Of a DNA stretch of 6,647 nt, positions 1 through 6,647 are shown in pieces (position 1 is the first letter of the stretch; every line of letters begins with the position of its first letter). Origin of the DNA: Adineta steineri. Its lineage: Eukaryota. The stretch covers positions 54,509 through 61,155 of the forward strand of contig CAJNOG010000282.1 of assembly GCA_905250045.1 (NCBI GenBank), in the 5' to 3' direction. A program made the position numbers and the translations under genes. Under the pieces are notes generated by a model, which did not search any database, was not told the DNA's origin, and saw only the letters and a list, made by a program, of their open reading frames with translations.

Positions 1-649
1 TCTCTTTCTTCTTTTATACTTACACTTCGAAATAACACAACTGTATCATCTTCTTGCACACGCACATGCCAATATATTTTTTCATACTTCTTTCCTTTCA
101 CAAGCTGCATTCAGAGCATACATTTTATTATTTCTCCTGTTGCTTAACAATTATATTTAAAAACATCTTTGCTTTGTATGATAAATCAACGATTTCTAAT
201 AAATTTTGAATTCGAAAAAAAAAGTTTTTACCAATTAACCGTTTCTATATCAGAGTAGTAAAATTATACTGTATATAGATCTTACATACATCCATGCACG
301 CATTAACTTCTGTGATATGATATCTAAAATAATCAGTTTCGTATACAAAATTTTATTAACCCTCGATATCTTTGCGTCATTCATTGTACTGCAATAAATA
401 TTTTTTAATCATCCTAAGATTGGAATATATAATCTTTGGAGTTTTATCGTATGATACCAAATGCAATCGTTTACAAACCTTATTTTGTTTTACAGTTGAC
501 TCTTTCATAACAATCAGATATTTTGAATTTAGTCTCTTAGTATCAAAACTCACATAGTTAATTATTAGATTTCGATTGAAGGATTTTAGTAGTCACAATA
601 TGAAGATTTATACAAAGACAAAAAGTTTTATATTCTATATTATTTTGAA

Positions 650-907
650 TCAGTTTCCAAAGAGAAAACTAGATACTACTGTAGTATAGTCATACAGATG
701 CTTCTTATCTAAAGAAAGATATCGAAAGCATTGTGTAACATCAAAAAACACGGTTTGTTGTTGTCCATCTGCTGTCTCAATGGACACTCGATCGTAATAT
801 TTTCCATCTTCAGTGACCATTGCTTCTGATTTGCAAAATATATCCTGGATATTTACTATGTAACCATTTCTGCTGCATTTGTTTTGCAACAGATGGGTGT
901 GGGTGAT
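650..907 (-). CDS. Possible small protein or gene fragment of unknown function; frame is open 653-907. The track start at 889 is a TTG and the first in-frame ATG is near 820
   Basis: Translation ...NGYIVNIQDIFCKSEAMVTEDGKYYDRVSIETADGQQQTVFFDVTQCFRYLSLDKKHLYDY... has protein-like composition, unlike the low-complexity AT-rich ORFs elsewhere. The open frame runs upstream into the telomere-like tract (reads I-T-H-T-H-L), so the 5' end looks truncated or belongs to an intron/exon boundary. Confidence 0.35.
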   Translation of the reverse strand: MTHTHLLQNKCSRNGYIVNIQDIFCKSEAMVTEDGKYYDRVSIETADGQQQTVFFDVTQCFRYLSLDKKHLYDYTTVVSSFLFGN

Positions 908-946
908 CTAAGTGAGATACAAGCTCACTTACACCCACACCTCATC
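892..946. repeat. Inverted repeat built on telomere-like tracts (GGTGTGGGTG ... CACCCACACC)
   Basis: Direct reading: GATG GGTGTGGGTG ATC TAAGTGAG | ATACAAG | CTCACTTA CACCCACACC T CATC. 8 bp + 10 bp + 4 bp pair perfectly, interrupted only by ATC (906-908) and T (942) bulges. Confidence 0.85.
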
Positions 947-959
947 AAGGGGAAAATGC

Positions 960-980
960 GTACTTTAAAGCATAAAGTAC
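960..980. repeat. Perfect 8-bp inverted repeat GTACTTTA-AAGCA-TAAAGTAC
   Basis: 960-967 GTACTTTA is the reverse complement of 973-980 TAAAGTAC; it sits at the start of the 10-bp array. Confidence 0.8.
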
Positions 981-1100
981 CGTAAAGTATCAAAGTAGTT
1001 TAAAGTAGGTAGAAGTAGCTTAAAGTATATAGAAGTACCTCCAAGTATAGTGAAGTGTCTTAAAGTAAGTCAAAGTAAGGGAAAGTATTGTAAAGCATCG
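968..1100 (+). repeat. Degenerate 10-bp periodic tandem array, core (R/A)AAGTA
   Basis: The G of AAGTA falls at 995, 1005, 1015, 1025, 1035, 1045, 1055, 1065, 1075, 1085, 1095 (exact 10-nt phasing), preceded by 970, 977 and 987. Rows: caaagtagtt/taaagtaggt/agaagtagct/taaagtatat/agaagtacct/ccaagtatag/tgaagtgtct/taaagtaagt/caaagtaagg/gaaagtattg/taaagcatcg. Confidence 0.9.
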
Positions 1101-1226
1101 TGAGAGATCTGAAAATGAGCGAAACAAAATTAAATTACCTTGAGAAAATATGAACGATTGCTTTATCTGTTTAGAAAAACGAAAAAAATCAATATCTAAA
1201 GACAAAAAACGGAAGTAATAGGTTTA

Positions 1227-1438
1227 TTAACCCTTCGTTGCTGTCGTGGGGTCCAAGCGGACCCACCACCTGTCTATATCTTCTAACAAGACTGCAGCTA
1301 CTGTTTCGGTTTACTATTTTTGACTAGTGCATACTATGCCCAACCCCTAGAGAAAGACTGGATTTTCTCTCTGTTATGTTCAAGTAATTATAAGACTACA
1401 ACTGAAAGCTCAAAATGAGGACAGCTACGAAGGGTTAA
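1227..1438. mobile_element. Non-autonomous piggyBac-like MITE (204 bp, 1231-1434) flanked by TTAA duplication
   Basis: TTAA(1227-1230)-CCCTTCGTTGCTGTC(1231-1245) ... GACAGCTACGAAGGG(1420-1434)-TTAA(1435-1438). TIRs match 14/15. TTAA target site and CCC...GGG termini are diagnostic of the piggyBac superfamily. Left subterminal hairpin GGGTCC-AAGC-GGACCC at 1249-1264. No transposase ORF inside. Confidence 0.85.
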
Positions 1439-1860
1439 TCAACATCCGCCATTTGCTTCATGACACGAGCTAAATGATCACTAGATAAGTTTGTTAAATT
1501 GTTCGTTAGCAGCCAACAGGCCGGCTGTTTGTGGAAATACTTAATGTTGTCATTTATTTTTATTTTGAGATATGACTACCTTAAAGCTGGATTAATATCG
1601 CCAACAAGCTTTATTCCATTAAAGTCGGATTTTGTTGAATTCAATAAGTCTTCCTCATCATTACCATTGTCATTTTGACCCTAGTTATCTATCAGTAGCA
1701 CCATCCTCATTAATTTGCAACCGATCAAGTTCGAAAGTAGGTTATTACGTCGGACTCCGTAATCCTTATTATCGAAGATGATATTAGATGACTTGCTTAA
1801 TTTTCCGTGATATTCTAGGGTCTCAAGCTTCTTATTTTTAAATTTCAACATTTCCTCATC
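1435..1860 (-). pseudogene. Decayed protein-coding frame of unknown family (C-terminal part)
   Basis: One reading frame gives DEEMLKFKNKKLETLEYHGKLSKSSNIIFDNKDYGVRRNNLLSNLIGCKLMRMVLLIDN*GQNDNGNDEEDLLNSTKSDFNGIKLVGDINPALR*SYLKIKINDNIKYFHKQPACWLLTNNLTNLSSDHLARVMKQMADVD*. In-frame TAG stops are at 1681-1683 and 1576-1578; terminal TAA is 1435-1437. Composition (HKQPACWLLTNNLTNLSSDHLARV) looks like genuine former protein. Confidence 0.5.
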
Positions 1861-2063
1861 TTATAAATCTCTGTTTTCATGGCCACCGCTTCTGAGCAGC
1901 GACTTGTGTATGCTTTACTCTTACATAATGGTATATTTATCTTTATTTCATATTTTACTTTTCAATAAATATTGTATCAAATATGTCTGTTGTCCAGCAG
2001 TTATCCCTCGGGACCATCAAGGTCAGTGGGTAAACGCCAAACATAAAACAAATATGTTTGCTA

Positions 2064-2315
2064 TCAATCGCACTGACAGACATGATCAGTACGACGAGCA
2101 CGAATAGCAATATAAGCACATGTTGCACCAGGATGACGATGCCAACGCTTCTGATCAGTTATTTCATCAGATTCGCCACTCATCCAATGCTCCATAGCAC
2201 CCTTTAAATCACCATCATAAGTCCAATCAGTGCATTTTCCACAACGAGGACAAGGATTGCCACCACAAGGGTGTTGTTTTGTTGTACCGGTTGTTTTTCT
2301 AATGCATGATCCCAT
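2064..2315 (-). CDS. Small Cys-rich (putative zinc-ribbon-like) protein, 83 aa
   Basis: MGSCIRKTTGTTKQHPCGGNPCPRCGKCTDWTYDGDLKGAMEHWMSGESDEITDQKRWHRHPGATCAYIAIRARRTDHVCQCD: ATG start, patterned Cys/His (C-x4-CPxCGxC...HPGATC...HVCQC), locally higher GC than its surroundings. Confidence 0.65.
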   Translation of the reverse strand: MGSCIRKTTGTTKQHPCGGNPCPRCGKCTDWTYDGDLKGAMEHWMSGESDEITDQKRWHRHPGATCAYIAIRARRTDHVCQCD

Positions 2316-2743
2316 TTCTAGATAGAAGTATTCAATTTTTAGAGTTCGTTCTAGTGAACTTACTGATGTATCTGTTATGGAAGATGTGTTTGTGACAAGA
2401 AATTAAATATCATAGTATTATCATATTAAAAAAGTGTCTGGGAAAATATTTTGTCATCGTTATATTCCTGCTGATCACTTATTGTCTGCAGAATCTTAAC
2501 TGTACTATCAAAATAAAACTTGTTCTTAAATCTTTATTGTAATCCAAAAAGTCTGATTAACGTTGTTAAGTAGCTATATTTTCATACTTATCTGAAAGGA
2601 CACTAAAGAAAAGACGTGGGAGATAGATGATCTAATTATATTGAATAATCTTGGTGAAGCATAAGAGTGAGTCACTATTGAAAATATTTCTTTTTTGCAG
2701 ATAAATACTTATAAGACATTGTACGCTACCGTTAAGATAATAG

Positions 2744-2902
2744 CTAAACATGTAAACCCTTCATATAATCACCGTTAATTATCACATTGATTGCACTTTT
2801 CAATTCCTTGGGTAATAACTCGTCAAAAGCTTCCTCAGTGTTTAGAAGTTGCAAATAAGGAGCGAGAGAAGATAATGATTGAAAACGTTTTCGTGAAAGC
2901 AT
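2744..2902 (-). CDS. Short protein-like ORF or gene remnant (52 aa), below the supplied track cutoff
   Basis: MLSRKRFQSLSSLAPYLQLLNTEEAFDELLPKELKSAINVIINGDYMKGLHV*; frame open to 2923. Overlapping minus frame 2838-2996 gives IFSRYFIVSGRTGIHMIFIDNLILEFVDHLLYAFTKTF..., suggesting a frameshifted ancestral frame. Confidence 0.35.
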   Translation of the reverse strand: MLSRKRFQSLSSLAPYLQLLNTEEAFDELLPKELKSAINVIINGDYMKGLHV

Positions 2903-2961
2903 AAAGAAGATGATCGACAAATTCTAATATTAAGTTGTCTATAAAAATCATATGGATGCCG

Positions 2962-3286
2962 GTTCTACCTGAAACTATGAAGTATCTCGAGAAAATTCAT
3001 GCAGTTAGAAGACATCCATTACGGTTTAGCTGAATTTCGATCCGAGTCTGAAGCCACGTGATGGAATGCTTTAAACAGTCATATTTAAATACCTTATGCG
3101 CGTACTTCGTAGTTGTAAGCAGAACGCCCTGCTCACAACTACTAAGTTCTGCTCGAAAAATCATCGAAATTCTGGTCTCTCCCAGCAAGCATTATTAGAA
3201 GATCAGAAGATAAGCAAAACGTTCCACATAAAAAAATGTTCAAGTAGAACAAAATGAATATTTTCTCGTTCATATATTCAGGCGAA
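2962..3286. repeat. Imperfect concentric palindrome, candidate decayed foldback/MITE element
   Basis: Left 2962-3000 GTTCTACCTGAAACTATGAAGTATCTCGAGAAAATTCAT versus reverse complement of 3254-3286 GTTCGCCTGAATATATGAACGAGAAAATATTCAT. Both outer arms and the central hairpin are centred near 3125. Confidence 0.45.
3104..3147. repeat. 19-bp hairpin (17/19 paired), 6-nt loop
   Basis: ACTTCGTAGTTGTAAGCAG - AACGCC - CTGCTCACAACTACTAAGT; the right-arm reverse complement is ACTTAGTAGTTGTGAGCAG. Confidence 0.85.
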
Positions 3287-3792
3287 CTTAAAAATTAACT
3301 TTTAACAAAATTTTAAAAGTTATTTGGTTGCAGTTTGATGCAACTTAATTCGAGAGAAAAAGAGTTTCAAAATGGTTTTAACTCTCGAAATTACTTTTAG
3401 ATTTCGTATGGTACCTACTTTTTTAGTATAATCTACGGTTTTATTTTGTAAGAGTGTCGATGTGCGAATGCCTTCGAATAACTTGCAAATATTTCTTCTA
3501 CAGAATGTCGATTATTATTGTAGAGAGAAAAATGAAAAATACTTTTTTCTTAAATGTATTTGTCGTTATGTACATAATTACAAAAATAGAACGAAACAGT
3601 ACGCATTGAAATGTTTTTTTTCAGTCAGCGTATGTCGACATTTTTATATATTGATTCTATGATTACAGAAGAGAACAGAAAAAAATCTTAAATCTCCATT
3701 AAAAGACACTAGTTGTTTTGCTTATTTAACTACAGTAAGAAGGTCATAGAAAGTGAGCCAAACATGCTACCCAAAGAAATGTGGTTCACGGT

Positions 3793-3866
3793 GGGTGTGG
3801 GTGTTGGATGACTGAGGGTGTGAGCGTATGTGTCTCTTCGCTTAAACCATGCCCACACCCACACCC
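3793..3866. repeat. Second head-to-head telomere-like inverted repeat with nested inner stem
   Basis: GGGTGTGGGTGT (3793-3804) is perfectly complementary to ACACCCACACCC (3855-3866). Inner stem GGTGTGAGCG (3817-3826) pairs with CGCTTAAACC (3839-3848) at 9/10 including one G:T. Confidence 0.8.
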
Positions 3867-5222
3867 TAACAGCCCTTTTTTTGAAATACGTCTTCTTGAT
3901 TAGAGCGCTATTTCTTTTAGAGTTTTTTTACTGACCGAACTTGTCAGGGACCTTTTCTTATTAAAAGATAAGATTAAAAACGGATCCTCATAAGCACTGT
4001 ATCCTGACTTGCACTTTCAAGCAAAAAAAAATGTTCGACTTTATATCGTATCGTAGTTGTCTTAAATATCAACTCGTTTAGACGTTCATGACGGAAGATC
4101 GATTTTGAGAGGGTCCTCTCAAGAGTTTTCTGAATAATTGAACGGTTGAATATTCGCATTGAAGTTTTTAGTGTTACATGTATGTCGCGCTTCTATCAGG
4201 TAGACATTTTTCACATTAGAAAAATACTTTATTCACTTAAAAACTTTTACAAACAATAATCACTAGTTATACACTGATTATTTCATTGTACTATTAATAA
4301 AATTAAAAGAAAACGAATAAGTACAAGCTTACAATTAAGAATGAAAATGAAAATAGAGCATAGAGTTACATAAATCTAAGAGAAAAAACAGCACTATAAT
4401 CAATTGTAGCATTGTACTTTTTCAAGTTGAGTTTATAATCTGTAACTCAAGAATGAAATGTCAAACAATCTAGAGTTCTCAGGCTAACCAGTAGTATATG
4501 TGAGCTTGTACTGCAAAAAATTTCAAATATGTACGATGTGTTTGAGTTCGTCATAAGATTTTTAGTTGTTACGCAATTTCACTGAGAAAAGCAGGAAAAT
4601 GTTCTCTAGTCAAATCCTTTTAGGCTTTTTACGATCCTCACGTCCTGTATCCAACGATAGACGAATGAAGCTAATCGAAGTTGCATACATTTGAGAGTTT
4701 TCTTGTGAGCTAACTTACTTGTACACAATGGAAACAACACAACAGGCGGTATATTGTGAAGAAATGAATTTAATAACACTCAGAAAGAGGCAGCTCACTA
4801 GATTTTTCAGTAAAAAAAAGAGAAAATAAAAATTAGAGCACAGGCTGCCAGAAAATAACAGGAAAAGAACAGAAAAAGTTTATGATTCTCATCGTTTATA
4901 TAGAGATTTTCTAAGATGAATGGCATAGACTAAAGATGCAAGGCAATAAAAAATATTTTTTTGTTCTTTCTGTCGGCCTAGAAACGCTCAACATTTTTTT
5001 TCCATTGTTCCATTCTGTGAAAAAAGGTGACGACATATTCAAAAAAAAACGAGAAATATTAAATGCAGCCATTTTTGTGCTCATTTACTATCGTGACAGT
5101 TTGTTTTCCATTAATTTCACTCGACTAGAATGTTTCTTTTCTTGTGACTCAATAATGATTATAGTAATTTCATATAATTTTTTCCTTTTAGTCGTAATAC
5201 AGCTAACCTTTTTATTAGTAGC

Positions 5223-5235
5223 GTGTGGGTGTGGG
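5223..5235 (+). repeat. Short telomere-like tract GTGTGGGTGTGGG
   Basis: Direct reading GTGTGGG-TGTGGG followed by TTAAGG; same unit as the tracts near 0.9 kb and 3.8 kb. Confidence 0.75.
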
Positions 5236-6469
5236 TTAAGGTTCCGAATGGTAAGTGTACACAGCAGAACAAAAACAGGTGAAACACTTGCGACTTTTGA
5301 AATACACGCTGTTTGACACGTTGCTAGCGAAAACAAAATGTACACAATACACTCTGCGAATAAAATTAACACTTTGTTTTTTTAAGCCATAAATTGATTT
5401 CTTTTCTGTTTAAATTTAAATGGATTAATTTTGATGAGAGTTGTTCAAGATGGCTGTGCAATTATTATAGAATTAAACTTAGTATAAAAGTTGATTCAAT
5501 ATGGTTTTGTGATGATCATATAGACATGCATCATTAAGAAAAAGAAAACGAAAATTTTGATTGATTCATTACTAATGTTAATATGTTATTTTTTTTCTCG
5601 AAATATTTTTTTTAAGTTATTCCCATTCATGTTAGATTACATAATGGTGTGCGTATTAATTGTGCATTTACTATTATTCAGTATGCATTTGTGTTACATT
5701 CTTCATTAGCAAAAAATATGAACACTTTCTATATTTCAAAATTATAATTAAATTCAATTTTATACACTTTGATACACTCTGCTTTCAAAAACATAGTGTA
5801 CAGGGACATTTTATTAGGTTAAACAAAGTGTATAGAAACATTTTTCTTTTAAGTTCTATTCGACATCCTGTTCACGACTGCTATTTTTGTTTCATTTGTT
5901 ACTAAATAAACACTCAAATGATTTTCCGTTAATGTAAAAAAAATGAATATAAATACTCTCTGTTTAGTTTTAATGATCCTTTAGAATAAAATTAAAATAA
6001 TGGTTAGTCCTATCTGGCAGATATGATTATATGATACTATCATTTTCTTTCAAAAACAACGATGTTCATTACAATAGAAATTTTATATCTTTCATAAATA
6101 ATAACAATACTTTTGATCATATCATGTATGCGTTAATATTAAGAATCTTTTCAAGATCAATAGAGCAAAAGGAAATGGTAAACTATTTGCGAATAGCATC
6201 AAGAAGAATTTCCTTAGGTGTAATAGATAAACTTTAGGGAGGAAAATCCAGCCTTACTGTCTTATAAAAATAACAACACTTTAAAAGAAAATAAATTATT
6301 CACTACTAATTTTCTCTTACAAGTATCATTTGAGTTCAATAATAGCATAAGAATCTGAAGCGAAATTAAATCTATATATTTTCCCCATTTTATTTATTCT
6401 TTATAAAATTCGATTTAGCACATCTTTTATACAGTAAATATTTGAGCAATAGTAATTATTATTAAACCA

Positions 6470-6646
6470 TTATGCTTGAGTATATTTGAAATCGTGAATA
6501 ACTATTTCCACCTCTTGACCATCAGTAGGTGGTTTGCCTTGAAAAGCCCATAAATTCATATGAAGAGGAGCACTAATATGAGGCATAGCTGATGTGAATG
6601 CTATTGGTGTTGTGTACGAATAGAATATATTTTCATGTGATGAATT
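6470..6646 (-). CDS. C-terminal fragment of a protein resembling the C-terminal strand region of glycoside hydrolase family 16-like (concanavalin-like) domains; 5' end beyond window
   Basis: Open to the window edge: NSSHENIFYSYTTPIAFTSAMPHISAPLHMNLWAFQGKPPTDGQEVEIVIHDFKYTQA*, stop at 6470-6472. The pattern P-x-HMNLWAFQGKPP-x-DGQEVEIVIHDFKYT resembles the (I/L)NLW...G...P...VEVVIDxFxYTP end of GH16 domains as I recall it; no search was run. Confidence 0.5.
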   Translation of the reverse strand, partial: NSSHENIFYSYTTPIAFTSAMPHISAPLHMNLWAFQGKPPTDGQEVEIVIHDFKYTQA

Positions 6647-6647
6647 C

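Noticed and set aside
1-600. Short ORF 372-557 and other AT-rich ORFs (1020-1205, 3462-3662, 3974-4159, 5660-5905, 6031-6237)
   Set aside because: Low-complexity hydrophobic/Lys/Asn-rich translations expected in about 70% AT DNA. No motifs, and 1020-1205 is partly the 10-bp repeat array.
895-905. G-quadruplex potential of the telomere-like tracts
   Set aside because: Each tract has only about two G3 runs, too few for an intramolecular quadruplex.
2137-2185. Reverse-strand CTGATGA searched as a hammerhead ribozyme core, because Athena-type elements can carry such motifs
   Set aside because: No following stem II plus GAAA and no stem III context; it lies in the Cys-rich ORF. No convincing hammerhead core was found by eye on either strand.
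2997-3188. 63-aa minus ORF MLGETRISMIFRAELSSCEQ...
   Set aside because: It lies inside the palindromic region and spans the hairpin arms. It could be a remnant of a mobile element but I cannot support a CDS call.
4105-4122. Short hairpin TTGAGAGG-GT-CCTCTCAA
   Set aside because: Real 8-bp dyad but isolated, with no neighbouring features giving it meaning.
3879-5305. 11-nt exact match TTTTGAAATAC at 3879-3889 and 5295-5305, each downstream of a telomere-like tract
   Set aside because: AT-rich 11-mer at unequal distances (13 vs 59 nt) from the tracts; plausible by chance.
4936-5316. 126-aa plus-strand ORF, longest in the track
   Set aside because: Composition is Phe/Ile/Lys-rich AT-driven translation, it overlaps a long antisense ORF (5088-5372), and its CGCGLRF segment comes from reading through the telomere-like tract. 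No recognisable motif.
5088-5372. 94-aa minus-strand ORF
   Set aside because: It also translates the telomere-like tract (NPHPHATN) and shows no family-like pattern.
6642-6647. Window ends exactly in GAATTC, suggesting a clone or EcoRI boundary
   Set aside because: Internal GAATTC sites exist (about 208 and in 1630-1645), so the window is not a complete EcoRI fragment. At most a clone-end hint, not a biological feature.

Overview
This is an AT-rich, gene-poor eukaryotic window. It looks like a subtelomeric or accessory region. From recalled knowledge, not a search, it is most consistent with a bdelloid rotifer (telomere unit TGTGGG). No complete recognisable multi-domain gene or RNA gene is present, and I do not see a convincing new system. 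The supportable content is as follows. (1) Short interstitial TGTGGG-like tracts lie at about 895-941, 3793-3866 and 5223-5235. The first two are arranged head-to-head (G-rich then C-rich) and form inverted repeats. (2) A phased array of RAAGTA cores with an exact 10-bp period spans about 991-1097, right next to the first telomere-like hairpin. (3) A 204-bp non-autonomous piggyBac-like MITE lies at 1231-1434, with 15-nt TIRs (14/15 match) and a TTAA duplication. (4) A minus-strand decayed coding frame at 1435-1860 has two in-frame stops, and its terminal stop codon overlaps the MITE TTAA. (5) A minus-strand 83-aa Cys-rich ORF (2064-2315) carries CxxxxCPxCGxC and HPGATC motifs. (6) A minus-strand protein-like frame at 2744-2923, possibly frameshifted from 2838-2996, was missed by the ORF track length cutoff. 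(7) An imperfect concentric palindrome lies at 2962-3286 with a 19-bp (17/19) central hairpin. (8) At the right edge, on the minus strand, is the C-terminal end of a protein resembling the end of a glycoside hydrolase family 16-like domain, also absent from the track.
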